Source: Eledone cirrhosa (Eukaryota). Taken from it: 64,000 nucleotides of DNA. The notes under the pieces are model-generated. The model saw only the letters and a list, made by a program, of their open reading frames with translations. It was not told where the DNA came from and searched no databases. The stretch is from positions 63,116,001-63,180,000 of the forward strand of contig OZ024740.1 of the NCBI GenBank assembly GCA_964016885.1, written 5' to 3'. Position 1 is the stretch's first letter, and each line of letters starts with the position of its first letter. A program made the translations under genes and the position numbers. Shown here in pieces: positions 40,401 through 53,942 of the stretch.

Positions 40401-43400
40401 GTGTGATGGCTAGAGATGTGTGTGGTGGCTAGAGAGATGTGTGTTATGGCTAGAGATGTGTGTGATGGCTAGAGATGTGTGTGGTGGCTAGAGGTGTGTG
40501 TGATGGCTGGAGATGTGTGTGATGGCTAGAGAGTTGTGTGCGATGGCTAGAGATGTGTGTGATGTCTAGGGATGTGTGTGATGGCTAGAGATGTGTGTGA
40601 TGGCTAGAGATGTGTGTTATGTCTAGAGATTGTGTGATGGCTAGAGATATGTGTGTGATCGCTAGGGATGTCTGTTATGGCTAGAGATGTGTGTGATGGC
40701 TAGAGATGTGTGTGATGGCGCGAGAGGTGTGTGTAATGGCTAGACATGTGTGTTATGGCTAGAGATGTGTGTGATCGCTAGAGATGTTTGTTATGGCTGG
40801 AGATGTGTGTGATGGCTAGAGATGTGTGTGATGGCTAGAGATGTGTGTGATAGCTGGAGACTTGTGTGATGGCTAGAGATGTGTGTGATGGCTAGAGATG
40901 TGTGTGATAGCTAGAGATGTTTGTTATGGCTGGAGATGTGTGTGATGGCTAGAGATGTGTGTGATGGCTAGAGATGTGTGTGATAGCTGGAGACGTGTGT
41001 GATGGCTAGAGATGTGTGTGATAGCTAGCGATGTGTGTGATGCCTAGATAGATGTGTGTGATGCATAGAGATGTGTGTCATGGCTAGAGATAAGTGTGTG
41101 ATCGCTAGAGATGTGTGTGATGGCTAGAGATGTGTGTTATGACTGGGGATGTGTGTTATGGCTAGAGATGTGTGTGATGATGGAGATGTGTGTGATGTCT
41201 GGAGAGATGTGTTATGGCTAGAGATTCGAGCGATGGCTAGAGATGTGTGTGATGGCTAGAGATGTGTGTGATGGCTGGAGAGATGTGTGTGATGTTTTGA
41301 GATGTGTGCGATGGCTGGAGATGTGTGTTATGGCTAGAGATGTGTGCGATGGCTAGAGATGTGTGTGATGTCTAGGGATTTGTGTGATGGCTAGAGCTGT
41401 GTGTGATGGCTAGAGATGTGTGTGATAGCTAGAGAAGTGTGTGATGGATAGATAGATGTGTGTGATGCCTAGAGATGTGTGTCATGGCTAGAGATAAGTG
41501 TGCAATCGCTAGAGATGTGTGTGATGGCTAGAGACGTGTGTGATAGCTAGAGATGTGTGTGATGACTAGAGATGTGTGTTATGGCTGGAGATGTGAGTGC
41601 TGGCTGGAGATCTGTGTGATGGCTAGAGATGTGTGTTATGGCTAGAGATATGTGTGATGGCTAGTGATTTGTGTTATGGCTGGAGATGTGTGTGATGGCT
41701 AGAGATGTGTGTGATGGCTAGAGATGTTTGTGATTGCTGGAGACGTGTTTGATGGCTAGAGATGTGTGTTATGGCTAGAGATGTGTGTTATGGCTAGAGA
41801 TGTGTGTGATGGCTATAGAGATGTGTGCGATGGCTAGAGATGTGTGTGATGTCTAGGGATGTGGGTGATGGCTAGAGATGTGTGTTATGGCTAGAGATGT
41901 GTGTGATGGCTAGAGATGTGTGTGATAGCTAGAGATATGTGTGATGGCTAGAGATGTGTGTGATGGCTAGAGATGTGTTTGATGGCGAGAGAGGTGTGTG
42001 ATCGCTAGAGATGTTTGTTATGGCTAGAGATGTGTGTGATGGCGAGAGAGGTGTGTGTGATGGCTAGACATGTGTGTTATGGCTAGAGATGTGTGTTATG
42101 GCTAAAGATGTGTGTGATCGCTAGAGACGTGTGTGATAGCTGGAGACGTGTGTGATGGCTAGAGATGTGTCTGATGGCTAGAGATGTGTGTGATAGCTAG
42201 CGATGTGTGTCATGGCTAGAGATAGGTGTGTGATCGCTAGAGATGTGTGTGATGGCTAGAGATGTGTGTTATGGCTGGAGATGTGTGTGATGGCTAGAGA
42301 TGTGTGTTATGGCTGGAGATATGTGTGATGGCTAGAGATGTTTGTGATTGCTGGAGACGTGTGTGATGGCTAGAAATGTGTGTTAAGGCTAGAGATGTGT
42401 GTGATGGCAAGAGATGTGTGTGATGGCTAGAGAGATGTGTGTGATGCCTAGAGATGTGTGTGATGGTGGAGATGTTTGTGATGGCTAGAGATATGTGTGT
42501 TATGGCTAGAGATGTGTGTGATGTCTAGGGATGTGTGTGATGGCTAGAGATGTGTGTGATGGCTAGAGATGTGTGTGATGGCTGGAGATGTGTGTGATGG
42601 CTAGAGATGTGTGTGATGGCTAGAGATGTGTGTTATGGCTAGAGGGATGTGTGATGGCTGGAGATGTGTGTGATGGCTAGAGATGTGTGTGATGGCTAGA
42701 GATGTGTGTTATGGATAGAGATGTGTGTGATGGCTAGAGATGTGTGTTATGGCTAGAGAGATGTGTGATGGCTAGAGATGTGTGTGATGGCTAGAGATGT
42801 GTGTTATGGCTAGAGATGTGTGTTATGGCTAGAGATGTGTGTGATCGCTAGAGATGTGTGTGATGGCTGGCGATGTGTGTGATGGCTAGAGAGATGTGTG
42901 TGATGCCTGGAGTTGTGTGTGATGGTTAGAGATGTGTGTGATGGCTAGAAATGTGTGTTATGGCTAGAGATGTGTGTGATGGCTAGAGATGTGTGTGACG
43001 ACTAGAAATGTGTGTGATGGCTAGAGATATTGTTATCTAGAGATGTGTGAGATGGCTAGATATGTGTCTGATGACTGGTGATATGTGTGTGATGGCTGGA
43101 GATGTGTGTGATGGCTAGAGATGTGTGTGATGGCTAGAGATAAGTGTGTGATCGCTAGAGATGTGTGTTATGGCTGGAGATGTGTGTGATGGCTAGAGAT
43201 GTGTGTGATGGCTGGGCATGTGTGTGGTGGCTAGAGGTGTGTATGATCGCTAGAGATGTGTGTGATGGCTAGAGATGTGTATGATGGCTAGAGATATGTG
43301 TGTGATCGCTAGTGATGTGTGTTATGGCTAGAGATGTGTGTGATGGCTAGAGATGTGTGTTATTGCTAGAGATATGTGTGATGGCTGGAGATGTGTGTGA

Positions 43401-46400
43401 TGGCTAGAGAGATGTGTGCGATGGCTAGAGATGTGTGTGATGTCTAGGGATGTGGGTGATGGCTAGAGATGTGTGTTATGGCTAGAGATGTGTGTGATGG
43501 CTAGAGATGTGTGTGATAGCTAGAGATATGTGTGATGGCTAGAGATGTGTGTGATGGCTAGAGATGTGTTTGATGGCGAGAGAGGTGTGTGATCGCTAGA
43601 GATGTTTGTTATGGCTAGAGATGTGTGTGATGGCGAGAGAGGTGTGTGTGATGGCTAGACATGTGTGTGATGGCTAGAGATGTGTGTGATAGCTAGAGAA
43701 GTGTGTGATGGATAGATAGATGTGTGTGATGCCTAGAGATGTGTGTCATGGCTAGAGATAAGTGTGCAATCGCTAGAGATGTGTGTGATGGCTAGAGACG
43801 TGTGTGATAGCTAGAGATGTGTGTGATGACTAGAGATGTGTGTTATGGCTGGAGATGTGAGTGCTGGCTGGAGATCTGTGTGATGGCTAGAGATGTGTGT
43901 TATGGCTAGAGATATGTGTGATGGCTAGTGATTTGTGTTATGGCTGGAGATGTGTGTGATGGCTAGAGATGTGTGTGATGGCTAGAGATGTTTGTGATTG
44001 CTGGAGACGTGTTTGATGGCTAGAGATGTGTGTTATGGCTAGAGATGTGTGTTATGGCTAGAGATGTGTGTGATGGCTATAGAGATGTGTGCGATGGCTA
44101 GAGATGTGTGTGATGTCTAGGGATGTGGGTGATGGCTAGAGATGTGTGTTATGGCTAGAGATGTGTGTGATGGCTAGAGATGTGTGTGATAGCTAGAGAT
44201 ATGTGTGATGGCTAGAGATGTGTGTGATGGCTAGAGATGTGTTTGATGGCGAGAGAGGTGTGTGATCGCTAGAGATGTTTGTTATGGCTAGAGATGTGTG
44301 TGATGGCGAGAGAGGTGTGTGTGATGGCTAGACATGTGTGTTATGGCTAGAGATGTGTGTTATGGCTAAAGATGTGTGTGATCGCTAGAGACGTGTGTGA
44401 TAGCTGGAGACGTGTGTGATGGCTAGAGATGTGTCTGATGGCTAGAGATGTGTGTGATAGCTAGCGATGTGTGTCATGGCTAGAGATAGGTGTGTGATCG
44501 CTAGAGATGTGTGTGATGGCTAGAGATGTGTGTTATGGCTGGAGATGTGTGTGATGGCTAGAGATGTGTGTTATGGCTGGAGATATGTGTGATGGCTAGA
44601 GATGTTTGTGATTGCTGGAGACGTGTGTGATGGCTAGAAATGTGTGTTAAGGCTAGAGATGTGTGTGATGGCAAGAGATGTGTGTGATGGCTAGAGAGAT
44701 GTGTGTGATGCCTAGAGATGTGTGTGATGGTGGAGATGTTTGTGATGGCTAGAGATATGTGTGTTATGGCTAGAGATGTGTGTGATGTCTAGGGATGTGT
44801 GTGATGGCTAGAGATGTGTGTGATGGCTAGAGATGTGTGCGATGGCTGGAGATGTGTGTGATGGCTAGAGATGTGTGTGATGGCTAGAGATGTGTGTTAT
44901 GGCTAGAGGGATGTGTGATGGCTGGAGATGTGTGTGATGGCTAGAGATGTGTGTGATGGCTAGAGATGTGTGTTATGGATAGAGATGTGTGTGATGGCTA
45001 GAGATGTGTGTTATGGCTAGAGAGATGTGTGATGGCTAGAGATGTGTGTGATGGCTAGAGATGTGTGTTATGGCTAGAGATGTGTGTTATGGCTAGAGAT
45101 GTGTGTGATCGCTAGAGATGTGTGTGATGGCTGGCGATGTGTGTGATGGCTAGAGAGATGTGTGTGATGCCTGGAGTTGTGTGTGATGGTTAGAGATGTG
45201 TGTGATGGCTAGAAATGTGTGTTATGGCTAGAGATGTGTGTGATGGCTAGAGATGTGTGTGACGACTAGAAATGTGTGTGATGGCTAGAGATATTGTTAT
45301 CTAGAGATGTGTGAGATGGCTAGATATGTGTCTGATGACTGGTGATATGTGTGTGATGGCTGGAGATGTGTGTGATGGCTAGAGATGTGTGTGATGGCTA
45401 GAGATAAGTGTGTGATCGCTAGAGATGTGTGTTATGGCTGGAGATGTGTGTGATGGCTAGAGATGTGTGTGATGGCTGGGCATGTGTGTGGTGGCTAGAG
45501 GTGTGTATGATCGCTAGAGATGTGTGTGATGGCTAGAGATGTGTATGATGGCTAGAGATATGTGTGTGATCGCTAGTGATGTGTGTTATGGCTAGAGATG
45601 TGTGTGATGGCTAGAGATGTGTGTTATTGCTAGAGATATGTGTGATGGCTGGAGATGTGTGTGATGGCTAGAGAGATGTGTGCGATGGCTAGAGATGTGT
45701 GTGATGTCTAGGGATGTGGGTGATGGCTAGAGATGTGTGTTATGGCTAGAGATGTGTGTGATGGCTAGAGATGTGTGTGATAGCTAGAGATATGTGTGAT
45801 GGCTAGAGATGTGTGTGATGGCTAGAGATGTGTTTGATGGCGAGAGAGGTGTGTGATCGCTAGAGATGTTTGTTATGGCTAGAGATGTGTGTGATGGCGA
45901 GAGAGGTGTGTGTGATGGCTAGACATGTGTGTTATGGCTAGAGATGTGTGTTATGGCTAGAGATGTGTGTGATCGCTAGAGACGTGTGTGATAGCTGGAG
46001 ACGTGTGTGATGGCTAGAGATGTGTCTGATGGCTAGAGATGTGTGTGATAGCTATCGATGTGTGTCATGGCTAGAGATAAGTGTGTGATCGCTAGAGATG
46101 TGTGTGATGGCTAGAGATGTGTGTTATGGCTGGAGATGTGTGTGATGGCTAGAGATGTGTGTTATGGCTGGAGATATGTGTGATGGCTAGAGATGTTTGT
46201 GATTGCTGGAGACGTGTGTGATGGCTAGAAATGTGTGTTAAGGCTAGAGATGTGTGTGATGGCAAGAGATGTGTGTGATGGCTAGAGAGATGTGTGTGAT
46301 GCCTAGAGATGTGTGTGATGATGGAGATGTTTGTGATGGCTAGAGATATGTGTGTTATGGCTAGAGATGTGTGTGATGTCTAGGGATGTGTGTGATGGCT

Positions 46401-48891
46401 AGAGATGTGTGTGATGGCTAGAGATGTGTGTGATGGCTGGAGATGTGTGTGATGGCTAGAGATGTGTGTGATGGCTAGAGATGTGTGTTATGGCTAGAGG
46501 GATGTGTGATGGCTGGAGATTGTGTGATGGCTAGAGATGTGTGTGATGGCTAGAGATGTGTGTTATGGCTAGAGATGTGTGTGATGGCTAGAGATGTGTG
46601 TTATGGCTAGAGAGATGTGTGATGGCTAGAGATGTGTGTGATGGCTAGAGATGTGTGTTATGGCTAGAGATGTGTGTTATGGCTAGAGATGTGTGTGATC
46701 GCTAGAGATGTGTGTGATGGCTGGCGATGTGTGTGATGGCTAGAGAGATGTGTGTGATGCCTGGAGTTGTGTGTGATGGTTAGAGATGTGTGTGATGGCT
46801 AGAGATGTGTGTTATGGCTAGAGATGTGTGTGATGGCTAGAGATGTGTGTGACGGCTAGAAATGTGTGTGGTGGCTAGAGATATTGTTATCTAGAGATGT
46901 GTGAGATGGCTAGATATGTTTCTGATGACTGGTGATATGTGTGTGATGGCTAGAGATGTGTGTGATGGCTGGAGATGTGTGTGATGGCTAGAGATGTGTG
47001 TGATGGCTAGAGATAAGTGTGTGATCGCTAGAGATGTGTGTTATGGCTGGAGATGTGTGTGATGGCTAGAGATGTGTGTGATGGCTGGGCATGTGTGTGG
47101 TGGCTAGAGATGTGTATGATCGCTAGAGATGTGTGTGATGGCTAGAGATGTGTATGATGGCTAGAGATATGTGTGTGATCGCTAGTGATGTGTGTTATGG
47201 CTAGAGATGTGTGTGATGGCTAGAGATGTGTGTTATTGCTAGAGATGTGTGTGATGGCTGGAGATGTGTGTGATGGCTAGAGAGATGTGTGCGATGGCTA
47301 GAGATGTGTGTGATGTCTAGGGATGTGTGTGATGGCTAGAGATGTGTGTTATGGCTAGAGATGTGTGTGATGGCTAGGGATGTGTGTGATCGCTAGGGAT
47401 GTATGTTATGGCTAGAGATGTGTGTGATGGCTTGAGATGTGTGTGATGACGAGAGAGGTGTGTGTGATGGCTAGAGATGTTTGTTATAGCTAGAGATGTG
47501 TGTGATCGCTAGAGATGTTCGTTATGGCTGGAGATGTGTGTGATGTCTAGAGATGTGTGTGATGGCTAGAGACGTGTGTGATAGCTGGAGACGTGTGTGA
47601 TGGCTAGAGATGTGTGTGATGGCTAGAGATGTGTGTGATATATAGAGATGTGTGTGATGGCTAGATAGATTTGTGTGATGCCTAGAGACGTGTGTTATCG
47701 TTAGCGATGCGTGTGATGGCTAGAGAGATGTGTGTGATGGCTGGAGATATGTTTCATTGCGAGAGATGTGTGTTATGGCTAGAGATGTGTGTTATGGCTG
47801 GAGATGTGTTGGATGGCTGGAGATGTGTGTGATGATTAGAGATGTGTGTGATGGCTAGAAATGTGTGTTATGACTAGAGATAAGTGTGTGATCGCTAGAG
47901 AAGTGTGTGATGGCTAGAGATATGTGATGGCTAGAGATGTGTGTTATGGCTGGAGATGTGTGTGATGTCTGGAGATGTGTGTGATGGCTAGAGATGTGTG
48001 TAATAACTAGAGAGATGTGTGTGATGGCTGGAGATGTGTGTGTGATTACGAGAGATGTGTGTTATGGCTAGAGATGTGTGTTATGGCTAGAGATGTGTGT
48101 TATGGCTAGAGAAATATGTGATCGCTAGAGATGTCTGTTATGGTTGGAGATGTGTTGGATGGCTGGAGATGTGTGTGATGATTAGAGATGTGTGTGATGG
48201 CTAGAAATGTGTGTTATGACTAGAGATAAGTGTGTGATCGCTAGAGAAGTGTGTGATGGCTAGAGATATGTGATGGCTAGAGATGTGTGTTATGGCTGGA
48301 GATGTGTGTGATGTCTGGAGATGTGTGTGATGGCTAGAGATGTGTGTAATAACTAGAGAGATGTGTGTGATGGCTGGAGATGTGTGTGTGATTACGAGAG
48401 ATGTGTGTGATGGCTGGAGATGTGTGTTATGGCTAGAGATGTGTGTTATGGCTAGAGATGTGTGTTATGGCTAGAGAAATATGTGATCGCTAGAGATGTC
48501 TGTTATGGTTGGAGATGTGTGTGATGGCTGGAGATGTTTGTGATTGCTGGAGACGTGTGTGATGGCTAGAAATATGTGTGTGATCGCTTGAGATGTGTGT
48601 TATGGCTATAGATGTGTGTGATGGCTAGAGATGTGTGTTATAGGTGGAGATATGTGTGATGGGCTGGAGATGTGTGTGATGGCTAGAGAGATGTGTGTGA
48701 TGGTTAGAGATTTATGTGTTGGCTATAGATGTGTGTTATGGCTAGAGATGTGTGTTATGGCTAGAGATATGTGTGTGATGGCTAGAGATGTGTGTTATGG
48801 CTAGAGAGATGTGTGTTATGGCTATAGATGTGTGTGATGGCTAGAAATATGTGATGGCTAGAGATGTGTGTTATGGCTGGAGATGTGTGTG
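25418..48891. repeat. ~23.5 kb minisatellite/satellite array, 19-bp consensus GATGGCTAGAGATGTGTGT (roughly 1200 units) with higher-order duplications
   Basis: The 19-bp period is directly visible, with 17-, 20- and 21-bp variants and recurring variant blocks. Confidence 0.98.
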
Positions 48892-49009
48892 TGTTTTGTG
48901 TGTGAGAGCAAGGATAAAGGAAGTATAGAAACTGTGTACGGGCATTCAATCCATTCGTAAAAGTAGTTCCAACGCAAAAAAATAAGTTTTGCTCGGTCCC
49001 GGTGTGAGT

Positions 49010-49185
49010 GGCTGGGGATCTGTGATGTAAAATGAGGTCTGAGACAGTGAGGTGTTAGTTGGAATGGCTGGGGATCCAAAATGAGGTCTGCAACAGTGAG
49101 GTATTAGGTAGAGTGACTGGGGATCCAAAATGAGGTCTACAACAGTGAGGTATTAGGTGGAGTGCTTGGGGATCCAAAATGAGAT
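49010..49185. repeat. 49-bp tandem repeat, about 3.5 copies
   Basis: ggggatccaaaatgag at 49070, 49119 and 49168. Confidence 0.85.
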
Positions 49186-49619
49186 AGAAACAAGAAGTGA
49201 CGGGCTCAGAAACGAGGGTCCGGAAGCAAAGAAGGATACGTTGCTGCAGGGGGAGGGTTGGTGGTGCGCGAGGAGGAAAACAAGACGAGTATTGAGGGGT
49301 GATCATGGAGCAAGAGGTCTGCTGCGTGGTCAGTATCATGGGCGCGGCTAAAGGTAGCTTGGATGAAGGTCGGAGGATATCCATGATTAAGCGAGAAGCA
49401 GGTTTTGTATACTAGCATACAGTCATACAAACACACACAAACGCACACAAACACACACAATCACACACAATCACACATGCATATGACTGTGTTGAGGGGG
49501 GTACAAAACTGATGATACACTTCAATACAACTCACATCTCGTTTGTATGTGTTCGGTTCTTTATGTGAACAAATGCATACAGGCAATAAATTCGAAGTAG
49601 CGACAAAGTGAATCATCAT

Positions 49620-49778
<159 letters not shown>

Positions 49779-50090
49779 TGCGTGTGTGTGTGTGCGTGTG
49801 CCTCTGTTCATGAAAGCTTTGGCACAAAATACTGTGTAAAGGAGAGCATTCAGTACAGAATGTAATTTTAACATTTATTGGATGTGGCAAAATATTCTGA
49901 GCGTTACTCGAAATTTCACGTCCCCGACTTCGAAAATTCTTGGTGGTCGTGTTCACCGCTAGTTGTGAATAAGCTAACAAAAGATCAATATGCGATTACT
50001 TGTGTAAAATAATCTCCAATAACACAACATAAACTCTCTACTTTAAGTATTGAGTGTTTTTTGCATGCTCATGCAAACAAACACGCAAGA

Positions 50091-50121
<31 letters not shown>

Positions 50122-50288
50122 TCACAAGAATCAAAGCTATGTTCAAAGCATTTATTCACTTACAATTGTTTCATCCAAACCTAGGTTTGGAGTCTTCGGA
50201 GCATTTTTCAATGTTTGTACACATAATTGACCTCCTTTCCAACGCTAGAGACATACAGATACATAACCATAAATAGTATCCTTAATAT

Positions 50289-50341
<53 letters not shown>

Positions 50342-50354
50342 GTGTGTGTGTGTG

Positions 50355-50393
<39 letters not shown>

Positions 50394-50762
50394 TTGTTTG
50401 TTTGTGTATGTATGCATGTAGGTATGTGTGTATATATATAATAAGGAAAGCAATATCAGTGCTATATCACACGCCCACAACCACCTTAATATGAGTTGAA
50501 TAAGCACAAGATGATACTCCCCTTAAAACAGCATATGAACAAGAGCTCATGTAAATAACATCAGACATCACTGTTCATAGTTGCCTGAAAGAAAATCAGG
50601 TATGTGGAATTGCAATCGCACGATTTCAGCCACATGCGTGATTGGAAACCAATAGTAGCTACGAAATCGTGAAGATAAGTATACTATAATATATATACAC
50701 ATATATATATATATATGTATAGATGTATTGATGTATATATGTATATATATATATATGTATAC

Positions 50763-50839
<77 letters not shown>

Positions 50840-50841
50840 AT

Positions 50842-50935
<94 letters not shown>

Positions 50936-50951
50936 TATATACATACATAAT

Positions 50952-51023
<72 letters not shown>

Positions 51024-53893
51024 GAACAGGTAGCAATTTTACTTAATTTTACTTGCAAGTATTGGCTATGCCAATAAACCCCTTTAATTTACAATGGCAG
51101 GTATGGCCGTGAGCCAAAGCAAGAACTTCCATTCGGCTGCTTGAATTGTTAGAATAAAAACATAATGCTAATTCATCAAAACCTAACTTCCATAAATATG
51201 GCGAGAACACGTTGAATAATATAGACCTAAATAAATTGTCAAAAACATATATGGTGACAACTGGAGCACCTTTAATCATAGGTCTACTTTATTAGGCCTA
51301 ACCCCGGCCTAAATAATCGAAAAACAAAAATTGGTATCATCTATATTTCTCTTGTACATAAATCATCCGCTAAACCAGATGATATATTTGCGTTCATTTG
51401 CTATGCAGTATTAATTAATATGTTGCTATGACAGCCGTTGTTTTTTATCGTTTTTAGCGTGTTAGCACTTAGAGAATGTGACTGGATTGGTGATCTGTGT
51501 AGTTTCAAGTAGCATTCTTACTAATATTGCTTCTGGATATTTGCTAAATATATACAATTTCTTAATCGGACTGTATCATCTAGAAGTCACGAAGCTCGTA
51601 GATGTACTGTTAATTAAGGGGTTTTGTTTATTGATCATTTATCCCATTTTCGAAAAGAAAACACCTTTCTTAATGTGCATAAAGCGCCAGGGAAGATGAG
51701 CGTCTCTGTGATACTGGAATTAGAAAAATTGTTATCAACGATTTTCACTTGACAAATCTCATTCATCTTGTAAAATCTAACCTTCTGTAAATCTTGTAAA
51801 TTTCAAGCATGTTCTTTGATTATCATCTTCATACATTATATACATTATGCAGTGAAACCACATCTTCGCTACTCAACTTCTAAAAATTGAGTCACTAAAT
51901 AAACATGCTGTCAAGTAATCCAACCAATTAGTATGTAGAAGCACCACTGAAAACTTTTTTGTTCGTGTAAGCAAGAAAACATGCCATAGCATATCTAGAT
52001 CCATGTCAGAAGTTGAACTCAGTTCTGAATGCCGACGAAACCGCTGCTCTTGTTATAGGAACGAGTTTTTCTCAAGCATTGATACCTAGAACTAACTACA
52101 TAAATTCGGCTTTTGGAGAAGTGTTTTAGTTAGAGTAACATGAATGTCAATGGCCGAATATGAGCCACCGATATCTCGCTAAGTTGTCCAGTATCAAGCT
52201 CTCAACCAATTTCTTCGAAGTTGTCTCGTATAAAGATTCTATGTAAATGATTACGCATACCTGCGTATGAATGCATCTATGATTGTTATAATTAACTTAA
52301 TCTTCCAATTGAAACCAATTCGACTCCTTTTAAACTGAAATATTTCAAACGTATTTTGTTTTAAACGGCAATTAAATGAAATCATTCGAAACTCTTCTGT
52401 ATACAGTTGCCTCTTAAATGAGCATGTAAATTAAAATATTTTTCTTCTTGAAACGAAACGTGTTTTATCATTATATTCAGAGAAGCCAATAAAGAAAAGA
52501 ATTATGAAATGTTTATATCGAGAAAAAGGGATCTGCTCCAATGAACCAGCGTATAAAGAAATCTACGCTGTAGTGAATACACCATTGAGAAAACATATCA
52601 ATCGTAGCGCTTATTTGCTCTCAAGTATGACATATAAAGATTATACCAGAATCCAAAGTGATTCTTCTTTATTGCAAAGATACAGAGAATTTTCAGAAAA
52701 TGTAACATTAGGGCTCAGGAGTACTATTATTACTTCACAGATTCTACCCCAGAGTAAAACTTATCCATGAGCGTTAAGAAGTAAAGGAGAATTGCATTTA
52801 TAAAATCCAGTCATTTGCAGGTAATTGTAAATGGGAAATCGGATGGACCCTATGTCACAAAAAGTTGAACATCGAAATTTTCTATTGAAATTAGAAATAT
52901 TAACATCAAGAATGGAGACTGAATGTGTACAACGTGAGAAAGAAAATTATATAACGTTATAGAATGAAATTTTGATTATAGATTTTTAAAGACATATAGA
53001 GGAAATATAACAAAATCAAATACATAGTACGTATAACATTTACTGATAACACAATAAGTAAAACTAGCAATAGTTTCAGGGCCAATAGTGCTTTCATTTA
53101 AAATTTAAAGTTAATATTTGTACATATACCGGTGGCATCGTAGTCGAGGACGTACATGCGCTTTAGAAATAAAGAGGCTATGTTCAAATCAAAACTTGAA
53201 TAATGTACATATTAATATAATGTATATATTTGAACAACAGAATGTTGGGTAAATGGAAACAAGAAAAACGGAGTTATTTGATTGAAAAACGGTCATTAAT
53301 AAATTAAAGAAAAACATAACACAATTTTTCTTTATTTTCTATAAAATATTCTCATCATCGCAATGCTGACCATCTTCAAAATTACGGTCTTTGTACTGTT
53401 ATTTTTCTTCTATCATAATGTCATTATCTTCAATATGATTGTCAACAGTTTTAGATACATGTATACCATTAAAATGTTTCTTATATATTTATTTTGAGAA
53501 GCGTTGTTAATATTATTGTTGTTATCGTTTTTACTATTATTACTGATTGTTAAAATTTGCTTTCTGCTTTATGAGTTCCAAAATGAATGAAAAACGTTAA
53601 GCGACGAAAACATTCAAATGTGTAAATAAAAGAAAGATGTGAATTGAACCTTTGTTGCATTATTTTTTTCTCTTCAAATGGTTTGGTTTGTAGGAAGGAG
53701 CTGTTCATTTGCAGATCTTCAAAAAATAGGATCGAAGTAGCTTATGTTTCTCTAATACAATCAACAAGAGGCAGTGGGAAAGAGAAGAAAAAAAACATTA
53801 TCTAGGAGGAAAAACCAGAGAGACGAAGTTCTTTCGGCTCAGAAAATCGTGGAAAGGGGCAAATAAAATCTGAAATTTGATGAAATGCGTTCA

Positions 53894-53942
53894 CAGGGTG
53901 AAAAAGATGAGCACCCATGGGGTGCTCATCTTTTTCACCCTG
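53894..53942. repeat. Perfect hairpin with 23-bp arms and Tc1/mariner-like ends
   Basis: CAGGGTGAAAAAGATGAGCACCC atg GGGTGCTCATCTTTTTCACCCTG. Confidence 0.8.

Larger units (their letters stand above)
24240..49400 (-). mobile_element. Degenerate Penelope-like element whose 3' region is interrupted by the 19-bp satellite
   Basis: 49400-49300 encodes HGYPPTFIQATFSRA (RT/linker GYP motif). About 48995-48925 encodes EQNLFF..GTTFTNGLN (GIY-YIG C-terminus). 24240-24370 has a hammerhead and a tail homologous to 58550-58674. Confidence 0.65.

Noticed and set aside
25418-48891. CRISPR array, telomere or coding repeat interpretation of the 19-bp array
   Set aside because: There are no unique spacers or cas genes and the context is eukaryotic. 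The unit is not TTAGGG-like. The 19-bp period puts TAG or TGA stops in all frames, and the ORF track is empty here.
51400-52800. Possible decayed piggyBac-like transposase (minus-strand VDNNFS) and ORF 52504-52770
   Set aside because: Only one weak motif, many stops, and no TIRs or TTAA ends identified. A translated HMM search would be needed.
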